Shown: in pieces, positions 1 through 11,838 of the stretch | Numbering within the stretch: the stretch's first letter is position 1 | Layout of the letters: each line of letters begins with the position of its first letter | NCBI GenBank assembly: GCA_051294375.1 | Contig: CM119263.1 | Span: forward strand, 6,859,645 to 6,923,644 | Length of the DNA stretch: 64,000 nt | Reading direction: 5' to 3' | Origin: Paraspadella gotoi | Lineage: Eukaryota > Animalia > Chaetognatha | Made by a program: the position numbers and the translations under genes | Notes under the pieces: model-generated | What the model saw: the letters and a program-made list of their open reading frames with translations, nothing else | Database searches by the model: none | Told to the model about the DNA's origin: nothing

Positions 1-399
1 ACAATTTCGATTTCTAAAAGCGACAATGACTTTTAAAAGGGTATTGATTTTAAACAATGCGATTACTGAAGCAACTACAACTAAAAAAAAGGGCGAAACC
101 TCATCGATCGATTTTATCGTTTCCTCTCCCTTGTCTTTTTGTATTTTCAGTGGCGTCGTTACCAGAGAACGGACATGAATTGGCTCCCGACCTCGATCCT
201 GGACGCTAGCCACGGTGGTCGCCAGGGTCGTAGGCTCGCGCCAATTTCGCCCCCTTTTCTCACCATGAGTCTACGCCTCCGCCAAGGACATATCAGAGAA
301 GAAAATCGCCCGTCTCGTTAAGGCTTGCTCACGACACACACACACATACAGAGGACAAATATCCCACCCTCAGGCCCCATGAAGAAGGCGGCGGCGGTT

Positions 400-560
400 A
401 AATGAGGGCCGCGACCGAGACGCCCTCTCGTTCCGAAACTGGCCGCCCTCCTATACGCGCCGCCCGCGGCGAAGGAGGCTGATTAGGGGCGGAACCACGA
501 GTCAATCGCCGCCGCATAAATAGCGAAACTCGTCTTCCACGTTTCGCCGAGTGATCGACG
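400..560 (+). promoter_or_regulatory. CpG-rich putative promoter of the nested gene at 639
   Basis: Dense CpG, GC-box GGGGCGG at ~487 and TATA-like CATAAATAG at ~515, about 120 nt upstream of the ATG. Confidence 0.35.
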
Positions 561-638
561 ATCAAACGACAAGAAAAACAAAAGGAAATTCTCATCAGCG
601 ACGTCAATCAATCTAATCAAAAATATCATATTTAAAAA

Positions 639-1475
639 ATGAGCGACCCCGTCCGTCTCGTGGGCGTAGGGGAGTCAGGCGTCCCCATGCAGGTGTCCGT
701 GTTTCGGGACACGGGCGCCGCGCGGTGTTTCGGGATGCTCGGCATCGTTGGCGGCGGGTGCACATTCCTGGCGGGCGTCACCATCGTCATAATCAAAGCC
801 AGCAAAGGCAGGAAGAAGGACGAAGTTCTCTCCTACGCGTCGATAATCCTAATTGGAATCGTCATCGCGGCACTGGGTTTCGCTTTGGCCGCGACGGCGA
901 GAAATAAAAGGTGAGACGGCGAGTCGACGATATTAGAAGGATTGAGCTTCGGGTTGAAGGGTCAAGTTCTGTGGTAGGAGTTTGTAACAATAATTCAAAG
1001 ATAAAAAATACATTATACAAACTTTAAACATTGAATAACCGCCAAGAAGAATTTGTAAACTTGCCTCGATCGACAGAGTACCAAAAGAAGCAACCAGAGT
1101 TCCCGCAAAATTTCTTATCCGCTTAAGCCTTTTAAGCCCCCTACCGTCTCAATCCCTCCTCTACCCTTTTCCCCCTGATCTTTCAGTGATCACGATGCGA
1201 ACAAGGAGTCCGGAGAAGCTGCGGAGCCAGCGTTGGAGAACGAGGCGCCCCCTCCGCTCGACGAGGGCCCTAAGGCGAAGGGGGCCAACGGCTCGAGGAG
1301 CGCGAGTCGCCAGTCCAAAGAGGGCGCCGAGGGCGGCGAAAAGCCGGCCGCCGGAAGCGGAGGATCAGGGAACAGAAAGAAGAAGTCCACCCGGAAACCC
1401 GGCGCCAAAAAGGGCGCTAAGAAGAAACCGCCTTCAACGTCTTCATCCAAGTCGAGCGTCAAGCTCGAAAAGTGA
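639..1475 (+). CDS. Nested antisense 2-exon gene: 186-aa protein with two predicted TM helices and an acidic then Lys-rich tail (uncharacterised)
   Basis: Exon 639-910 ends AG|GTGAGA (the ORF-track stop is the donor). A phase-2 intron 911-1186 ends in a pyrimidine tract plus TTTCAG. Exon 1187-1475 continues in frame (SDHDANKESGEAAEP...KKGAKKKPPSTSSSKSSVKLEK*). TM1 CFGMLGIVGGGCTFLAGVTIVII; TM2 VLSYASIILIGIVIAALGFALAA. Confidence 0.78.
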
Positions 1476-3305
1476 TTCGCCTCGCCGCGCCGCGCCGTCA
1501 TTCTCTCGACCTTGGAAAAGACTTATTTCTTCTCCGAAATCCGTCGGGAGTGAAAAGGCGACTCAAAAACACTCCGACCGTTAAAACAAAAATGTTTTTT
1601 CTTTGACAGTGAAGTTTGTTTTTGTATTTAAAAAATGAAAAAAAATTATCTTAAAATCTAGATTAAGAAAAAACATACCATAAAGTTAATGGCAATTGTA
1701 ACAAAAATGTAAAACCAACTGCCGGCCAAGAAATTCCACCCCTTCAAACTAGATCTTTTTCCCCTTTTTCTCTTCAAAGATTCGTGCATGGCGTTAAACG
1801 GCTTTAGCTAGCGTTTTCGCGCCCCCGTCGTTTTGGAACCGAGACAGCACGGTTGACTCGCATCTCATTCCTTACCTACAGCTCCCCAGTTACACTCAAT
1901 AATCTATCCCCTCAAGATTTCACTCTAGAGTGTCGCCTCTCCCAAGAACAAGTCCGCAGTTCGTGGGGGAGACGACCCTTCGTTCTCTGCACTCTTTATT
2001 TTTTTTCTTTCTTTTTTTTTATTAAGAGTTTCCCCGTTTTGATTAGATCGTCTCTTCCCTCATTTTTCGCCGTTTTATCTAGTTATTGGAAAAGAAAGGG
2101 AACCGGAGGAAAAACGTATCTCCGTCATTCCTGAGCTTCTTGCTCGACGATTCCATTCCTTTCTCGAATTTTCCTTTCATCCTGATCGGCGTGGCTTGAG
2201 TTGACCTCATCTTCATCCCGCCCTCTCTTTCTCCTTTTCCTTCTCGTTCATTTCCTTTTGCTCCCTTCGACTGGGTTTCCTTCTTCCCGGTTGCCGACTA
2301 AAGTCATTGGCCGCCCCAGAATTCGACACACGAAATCCCCGGATCCAGGAAAAATAAAAAAAGAAAAGAAAAGTAACGAAGGCGACGCAAAATTTCCTTT
2401 TTACCCGCGGAGGGGAAAAAAGGGCACTAATAAGAGCGAAAAAAAAGAAAAAAACCAAGGGCGGATATTTTAACAATGCTAACTTGACTGCCTGCACGGG
2501 GAATGGAGGACCCGGGTTTTTCATTTATAAATATATTTTTTTTTCAATTCCAAAAGTTCTCCCTACTTTTTAAAACGTCATGCTTTAAAGAAACAAGAGG
2601 GGAAAATAGGTTCCTTCCTCATACATATCCCCTCGCCGGCCCCAACACTGTCCGATTTCCTACCATGCACAAAATCTGCTGTCTCTTTTCCTCGACGACG
2701 AAAGGCGAAAAAAAAAATTAAAATTCGAATATTAAATTTTGAAATATTCCTTTCATTTTATAATCGACACTATCGTAGTTTGTCACGGCGCAGACGTTTT
2801 CATTAGTGTGTTTTTCTTTTTATCTCTCTCTCTCTTGTGAAATAGCGATCGGAGCTAAAATTAATCTTTCCGTGCATGAGCTCGTTAACGATCGGAAATA
2901 AAAAAATATTCCTTCATTTTAAATAAATGATTCCCATACGGTCAGCCTTCAGATAGTGAAGCGGCCACCAAAAAAAAATACATTATTCTTCGTAAAACCT
3001 CCCCCCTCCTTCATCAAAAAAACAAAAAAACAATCAATGCACCGAAAACCTCGAATCCGAACTTTTCTTTCGACGGGAAATTTTTCGTAAGCGCGAGACG
3101 AGAGGTCAATCCATGCCGATCGCCATATTTTTTTAAAATGGATTGACTCGTGTTTTATAGCAGGATGAGAGAATATTGTTCGAAATCGTTCCCGATCCTA
3201 TACTTTTTTCTCTCAACTTTCGCACCCCATGAATTTGCTTGCGATTTAAGCAATTTTGAATAAATAAATACTAACTTGAATGTGTTAAGTTTATTTAAAA
3301 ATGAC

Positions 3306-3443
3306 CTGTTTGAGTAGATTATTGTGTAGCTCGTCCAAATTCCCCTGTTCCAGAGCTTCGGTAACTTCTATTGTCCAGTGGGTTTGACAGCCAGCGATAA
3401 CCAGTTGTCCGGGCCAGCTTAAAACCCAGGACGTTCGCGGAAC
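3306..3443 (-). CDS. DNAH1: DNAH1 exon 30 (last in window)
   Basis: AG..GT bounded; [46 protein letters not shown]. Confidence 0.9.
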
Positions 3444-4169
3444 CTTTTATGAAAAAAAAGAAGAAAAAAATCGGAAATAATCTTATTTTTGTTTTGTTTC
3501 CCATTTTGTCCATTTTGTATCTTCTGTTTTTCCCCGAAGTCCTAATATTTTTCCCCGAAGTCCTAATGTTTCAAGATATCAAACGTTTCCGGAACTGCTA
3601 GTTAGGGATTGAATTTTTTGTATTCAGTATTGGTTGTACCAATTTCAATTAGCAGGATGAGGAAGAATATTTAGATTGTAGTTAAATGTTAATTTTAAAA
3701 AGTGAAATTCTTACTAAACTACTTTGTTTTCTATTTTTTACTTTATTTTATGAAAAATTTCAGAGCACTTTTCAATAAGAAAAGTACTTTAACATAAGAA
3801 ATAAAGAATCCATAAAGACCTCGTCACTAACAGTGCCTTCAGTTACGTAATATAAAAGAAGTAAGCATATTATTTCCTCCTTTAAAAAGGCAGATTCGCT
3901 AAACGGTGGGACGGGTTAGGGAATATTTTTCATTAAGTCGGCGCTCTATGACTTACGCTCGAATAGGCTTGTAAAGCGTCGCCAAGGATCTTCCTGAGAC
4001 TCTCTCTCATGACGCGTTCCACTTCCAGCAACCAATCTTCGACGTTTCCTAGGCGGGGGGGGGGGGGACGAGACGAAAGATCACAACATTATTTTTAAGC
4101 TTTTTAACCCAAGAAATATTATATTTTTTTTCATGAAAGGAAGGAGCATTGGGGGAGGTGCTTGAGTAT

Positions 4170-4241
<72 letters not shown>

Positions 4242-4263
4242 TCTCTCCCCTTCTCTTTCTTCG

Positions 4264-4318
<55 letters not shown>

Positions 4319-7300
4319 TTCTAACACAAAACCCTTTTGTCATAGGAATTGAGTCGACTTCGTACGTCATGGAATTTGGTGGAAGGAAAAAAATGAAAAT
4401 CGGACTCCACGTGGTTCGCATGTAAAGCCCAATATGCCCGATGGCATCCAACAGAGTTCCGGAAGTTTCCACCGAAAAAGAAATCGATAATTTTGACGAA
4501 GTGAAAAATCAATTCCTGACTTCGTTATATTATATATTATGAATATTATATTATTTATATTATAAATATATTAGAGAAACCGGTCGAGAGCGGTGTAAAA
4601 AAAATTATTTATCATAAAATAATCCAACGATAGACGTAATTAAATCGCACTAAAATCTTTAATCTAGAATGGATCCCTAAATTTTGAGAAAACTGTACAG
4701 CAAACTCTGTCGAAGTTCAATTTAAAAGACTCTCCGGCCGTAGTCTCAACTAATGTGTCCGAAACTATTCATACATACAGTCCAAAAAAAAAAAAAAAAC
4801 GGAAAGTGAGAGAAGATGATGACTAAGCGAATGAGATTAATGGAGCCGGGTCTTAACGACCCGCGACGTCGGCGAAGCAAATACAATCTCACTTACTTCG
4901 ACAAAAGCGCCAGTCTTGAGGAAATATTGGAAGCGTCGTGGAACCAGACGAATTTGTTGAGATTAAAGGCTGAGGAATCCGCGTCGAGGAACAGAACTAA
5001 CGCGACGCAAATGGAGACTAATGCCAAGACTTTCGAGGGTAAATATATCGCGTCGAAAATCTCTTCTTTTTTCCCCCCGTCTAGTTTCCGGTCGATAAGT
5101 CCGAGACTGCTCGGCACCGGATGAACTGCCGTATATCGTTCTCGCTCAGACTGGAACGTCGATCGTTCCAGGGTCGAGAGAACTACGTTTCTATGCATCG
5201 CCGTTGTTGTCGTTGTCGGATTGTCTTCCCAATCGCCGCCGAGACTGGCTTAAATTACGCGCGAATAGAAGGCTTACATTCGATTGTTGGCAATGAAAGG
5301 GTCGTGCTTTATCATCCCGCTTCTCCATTAACCGCGATCCGTTTTCGGTCGGCGACGGAACCGGCCGGTCCACGCCGCCGGAGGTCTTCGCTTCGTATTC
5401 TCCACCGGCGAAGCATTCATTGCACAATATTTAACAATAACTCTCTCTATCACAGCAAACTTCCACTCCCACTCGCCCAACGCGCGCCCCCGAATTCACG
5501 GAAGCAGCTCGTCGCCGGGAATGTCCGCAGCGGCGGCGGCGGGGACGCTCGCAGCGATCGTGGCGGTGGCAATCGTCCTCTGGCAGAAAACGAACAAGAC
5601 GCACAGAAACTTTGACAACGACAGTGACGTCGAAGCGGGGAACGCGGAAGCGATCGAAGGTGATTTACTTATCGACAATATTGTTATTTCAAGGCGAAGA
5701 TGACGACAAAAAAACCACAACATCGATTATTTTTAGTCGGATCTGCTTATCAGCAGATTCCGACTCTATAATCCACTTTGTCGGTCCGTCCCCCCAATTT
5801 TGTCGGTCATTCACTTAGATCATATCAGAACACCAAATTATGTAAAAAAATGATGTCCGCCCGTCCTTCCGTCCGTCTGTCTGTCCATCCGACCCCTTAT
5901 CATTAAACTCCAATTACTCGTGATTGCATAATTGGAGACAAATGAAATTTTGTGTGTGGGTAGGAAAGTGTGTGATTAAGCTAGATATAAAGTTTCGATG
6001 GAATCGTGCGAGCAGAAATGAAAAAAAGAAAAGTCACATTCACTTGAATTTTATTAAACACTCAGAAATAAAGAGTGAAAGAAAGAAAAAAAAGAAAGAA
6101 GTAAAGAAAGAAAGAAATTAAAAAAGAAAAAAGTAAATATCGCTAAATTATCGTGGGCAGATCCGAAATTGTTTTCTCAAACTTGTTTAAAATCCCATCG
6201 TAACGATGAGATGAAAAAAGTGAGAAAAAAAAAAACGGTGATGCGTAAAACTGTTAGACAACAACAACAACAACCCAGAAAACGAACAAAGGGATTCTTC
6301 TGAAATGCATTGAACGAGCTCCACTAAAAAAAACTCCTTAACAACAACAACCGCGACAAATGACCGAGAAGAAGAAAGCAAGGAGGGCGGAACAAAATGA
6401 GGAAAAATGGACTGACAAACTTTTTTGGGGGGTTGAAACTTCTTCCCCCACCTTCTCCCTCTTCTTTGCCCGCCAACCCTCCACCCTTTCCCTATTTTCA
6501 ACGGGGCTCAGTGGCTTTAAGAAAATGTTCGTTGGTCGAGTCTGATACTTGGTCTCGGGAGGACCCCGCCGCCGACTACATCAACAACGACAGCGACGAC
6601 GACGACACCTCGGGACGAGTTCCTTCGGGAGGAGAGTCTCTTGAGCTGATGCTGGCGGCGGTGTCGAGCCTGACCACGCAGGCGCAAGTGCACCGCGAGG
6701 AGATTGGTTGCGAGACCGACGCAGCGCCGCAGCAAAATCCGTCGGCGACGCTGCGAGTTTGAAGAGTCGACGTCAACAATCACCCCCCCCCAAGTACGCT
6801 ACTCCACCCCCTCCCCAAAAAAAGGAGGATAAAAATGAATATGAAAGAAAGTCTTTGTTGGAAAAAAAATGTTTTTTTTGGCCTATTTTAAGTCTGGAGA
6901 GTTAACATGTTGAAGAAAAAAATAGTATGTGCGGTTCAGTTTCTTGAAAAAATATAAATATGAAAAGCGTCATTAATTTTTTTTACTTGCGATAGAGCAA
7001 ATTAAAAACATAAAATGGATTTCCAACCTGTCGGATACAGATGCTCGCTGAAAGGAACTTTCTCCCCGTCCGAGGAGAACATATCTGTGATACGCAAGTC
7101 CTCTTCAAAATTTAGTAGGGCGATGTTCTCAAAGCACTTGCGTAGATGAGGTTGCACTGCAGTAGGATCCTGAATAAATCAGATTTTACAATATGGCTTT
7201 GTAAGAAATGGCTTTTTAAAAGCGTAGAATCAGAATATTCTCTGCTTCAAAGCGATTAAACATAGCAAAAATTTGTTTTGAAAATACATTATTCGCTTCT

Positions 7301-7634
7301 AGATTACAAAGAAAAATTGGCTCCTGTTCTATGGAATGCAAACCAGCGAGATATACTTTACCTTCGTTTGGGACAAAATCTCCAGAAGCTCGTCGTCGGA
7401 GAGGAAGAAAAACCTCGGGAAAGAGGTTCGTTTTGTTTCCAGGTATTCGGAGAGACCCTTTTGGACCTGCTCCAGTAGTTTGTTACACTCTCTCAAGTTG
7501 TCGAGAAGACGCGCATCCGGGCAAAGATTTATCACCACCGGATTCGCTTCGGCATTCTTCATCACTTTTCTAAGAAGAAAAAAATCGATTCGTGTCGAAA
7601 TATCTGTCACTTCCTTTTTCGTGACTCCTCGAGC

Positions 7635-7701
<67 letters not shown>

Positions 7702-10700
7702 CCTCCTCCCATTCTTCCTTCCTTCCCACCCAACAACGAGCAATTTTTCTAGCTGTTTTTAAAGTCATATCGAGTCGCAACCGACGGGGAGACTCGTTGA
7801 GAAAAATCGACATTCGACATTCCTTCCCCTCAGCAAACTATCCTCTTTCAAAAAAGAAACTAAAAAAAAAAAAAATACAAACATTTTTTTGGCGTTTTTT
7901 AAAGTGATTTACTGAGGAATGACGCGAAACTCCGACTCATTCGGTTTTACCTCCAAATTCTTTCCATGGTCTGGTAACGTTTCGATTCGACGGGCAGCTG
8001 ACGGTTGATATCCTCCGAGGAGAAGATCGGCTCCAAATAGAGCCACGATCTCTGGCACATCAGCCACTCGTCCAAAACGTCTTGAGTCATTTTCAATTTG
8101 CCTTCCCACTGGCCAATTCGATCTTCGAAGGGTTTTTTGTATGGTGAAAAAGACATACTGGCGACGGGGTGATCAGGAAATAAAAATAAGTTTCGGTGAA
8201 GTAAGTAAAAATAAATGAATCTTGGTGTATTTTTCATCAATTCCCTACACTTTTCTGACCTTTGTGTCATGACGATGTGATCGTCCAGAAGCTGTGAGGT
8301 CTCGTCCGAGGCCTTAAGAATGTACGTCCCAGTATCCTTATAGGGCATGATCTCAAAAATCACCGGTTTCCACTCGGACTCCATTTTATCAAGAGCTTGT
8401 TCTATGGAGTATTCCTTTCCAGCGACTTCGGCGATTTTAGTTATGATTCCCATGTGTTCTTGTAGGCCCATCTCCAAACATTTCAAGAAATTCAAAGTCT
8501 TCGTCGGTTGAACATCGAAACCTGCAAAGAGGTTATTTTTTTAAAACAAGCTTTTTCTCTCTTCAATCAAAAGTTATGCATGCGACAAATAAATAAATAT
8601 TAGACAGAACCTATGGCATTTCTATTCAATATAATATAGGTACGCGATGTAATTCCCATGCTTCAAAAGTATCGTCTCTTAACAACTCAAGAAAACGAGA
8701 TTTTTCCTAGCCTAAGTTGAACATCTAAACCGGAAAGAACGATAAAAACCGTTTCATTCGAAAGAAGAAAAAAAAATAAAAAAAGAGACTGGGAGAGAAA
8801 AATAATAAAATAGGAAAAGAAAAAGCCCGGGAACGGGGCGGGCGCGATGTTGAAATGGCGCACTGCCAACCTCGCGGTCGTGGAAACGGAATTAGGAGTT
8901 GTCGGGGTGTGTGGGGGCGAGGGTTATTAATGAGGCCAGTTTGAATTTAAATATAAAGAATCTCGAGGTTCCCCCGTTCGTTTCCCAATGGAGCAAAGCG
9001 ATGCCGTTGAAACGAAGAAGCAAAATAAGAAAGAGAAAAACCCGGTGAGAAAGGGGAACCCATTTGACTGAGAGCGACGAGAAATAAAAAAGGGGAGATT
9101 GAACGACATAACTGGTGCAGGCGAATCTGCCTCCGCACACGCCGCCATCGACAGCGGAAGGGAACGGGGTGGAAAAAAAAATCGGTCCCCACCAGTTTGG
9201 GATAATCAAATATTGGGATCCGAGCGGAAACCAACGGTTCGCCACGCCGACTACATAAACTATGATAAAACGTTTTAAAAACATCGTTTTCAGCGGCGAC
9301 CAACTTTGACCGAGGAAAGGAGTTCAGAGTAGCCACTTTTATTGGAAACGAAATGCTTTTAGATTTTCACTGAAAATATAAATATTAAAGGATTAAACAC
9401 ATGATATACGTGGCCTGGGGGGAGGAATATAGGAGTAACTTTGATCTACAAAGATCACTAGTTCCGCATCGGGATGTAAGAACCCTCACGGGATACTGTT
9501 AGTGTCTCGCGAATAATAACCGCCGTTCCTTCGATGATCGGGGACTACAGCTTCCCCAACAGATAAGAAAAGCAGTTTAAGTGGAGAAAAGGGAAAGCGA
9601 AATTTCTCGCTCGTCCCGCGGAGGAGGCTGCGGAAGAGGATGAAGGGCGATAATGGCCGCGAGTTCTTTCCCTCTGTGAATTGGGTCGTGATGACAAAAT
9701 AACATTACTAACGACGTTAAAGTTAAAGATCGTTCTTTCAAGTTCACATCGAGAAAGGAGGAAAAGAGAGCCAGTTTTCTGAGCGGTTGTATTTTATAAA
9801 AAAATACTAAGTTGAAGATAGCCTAATTCATGTTTTCAAAAGATAGCGATGGTGAAAATAAGTCCAAAATGTTCCCACTGGATAGGAAAAAAGTTTTCAA
9901 GAAAAAAATGGGTTCTAAAGTAAACACGACGTTTATCGAGGGGAGCCCCTCCGAGTCTGTAAAAGCCACATTAAACGGTTGCCAGAAAAACAAAACTTGA
10001 TTCGACTCTCAACGAAGTCTAAGGTTTATCTCTTTGTAACATTTTTGATTGAGACTACTATTTATATATTTATTTATAAATTGTATATACTATTTTTATA
10101 TATTAAATATTTTATATACTATTTATATACTATCGCAAGCGATTGCGATGATAAATATTTCGTAAAATGGAGGAAAAACGAGACAACTAAAATGCTTTTT
10201 GTTAAAATAAATTTTGAGAAAACCGAACAGAAAATGGGGCACTTTCGGAAAAGAGCGCCAAAATTATTTTCTAAAAATGGAGATTGGAGATCTTCCGGGG
10301 TGACTGAATCTGTTAAGAAACGAGAAATTGGCTTCATCGTCTCTGAGGAAAGGAGGACTCACCTAATTCACTCGACAACTGATCCCAATGTCGCGCTCGC
10401 ATTCCAGGGTTTCTCAGACCCTGAATCAAGGGGATGTGGGGCTTGAACTCTTCGATAGCTTCTTTCACTTGGGCGGCGACTTCAGATACTCCGGGAATAT
10501 CTGCAAAAAAGGGAAAAAAAATTAATGCGGCGTCGTTTTCTTAAACGACAACAACAGCTGAAAAACGAAAAAAAAGGCACAAAGGTGTTTACATCAATGA
10601 TTCTAAGCCATCGTCCCGTAAAAACGTTTAGTCTCGCAACGTCGTGTATTTTCTTTTGAATCGGGGAGGAGAAGCAAAAAAAAAAAAGGAGCAAACGAAA

Positions 10701-11770
10701 TGGAAAGAATACAGATTGAGGATAAAGGCGAGAGATGGAATCGCGACGCCGACCTCACACTGAAACCCGATAAAAGAAAAAAGCGCTGCTTAATCTGCAT
10801 TTGTAATGATTTTAACGTCAGTTTAAATATTTTTAGACAGAAGAATAAACAGTAAAAAAAGAAGAGAAAAAAAAATAAAGGCTGAGAAAAATGAGAAGAG
10901 GGAAAAGAAGACGCGGTTTCTTCGAGCCGCACGTGAAAAGCTCGAAGAGACGAGGAAAAAAAAGGCAAGAAAAAAGACATTACTGAGAATAGGCCAAGTA
11001 AAAAAAAAAAAAAAACGAATTCTTAAAGAGGCTGAGTCAAGATTTAAGATGAGTTAGCTTTGAAAAAAAAGTCTGCAAAAACTACATAGTTATTCGATCA
11101 GTAATGTAGCTAAGTATTTTTGAAGGCTTTTTAAAAATAACTAAGCAAATAAACCTTATTAATATCTTGCACCTAAATAACGTTCTTAAAAGGCATACGA
11201 AATAACTCTCATATATTCTTCACTCCTAGATAAGTTGGAAATCTGCCGTCAAAGCGATTAGTGACTCAGAAAAAAAAATTACCTGCAAAGAATTTGACTG
11301 ATTTGTGCATAGTTTTGTAGGCGTCATTAACGTTCTTTTCAAGCGACTCTGCGTCGACGGTAGTGATAGGGTCGTGCATCCAACTGTCGTGCCACGTGAT
11401 CCAATTGGATGCCGTCACCCACAACGCGCGGAAAGGTTCAAACTCTTTCACCAACCGGGCAAGTTTTTCGTACTGAAAAGAACGTAGAAAAATATATAAA
11501 ACCATAAAATCCTGTTAAAAAAAATTGTAGCGTTAATCCTAAATACGTAAACTATTATAATATTAATAATTTAATAAAAACGTAAAAAGATTTCATTTTC
11601 CTTAGAGAAACTCGAATCATAAGAGGAAGTAAAGAAAATCCTTATTTAAACATTTTGTATAGTAGAGGATGGAACTTGGAGCTTGTGTAACATTTTTAGT
11701 ATTGACACAAAGTCCAAACGTGGAAGTAGCGGGAAGGCCAACAAAAGTTAGTGTGTGTTTGTGTGATTCA

Positions 11771-11838
<68 letters not shown>

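Noticed and set aside
2201-2473. Signal-peptide-like ORF (LFLLFLLVHFLLLPSTG)
   Set aside because: No ATG, and the hydrophobicity is explained by a pyrimidine-rich tract; could not be linked to other exons
4049-4472. RERERE and LSLSLS ORFs here and at many other (AG)n tracts
   Set aside because: Microsatellite translations with no coding evidence
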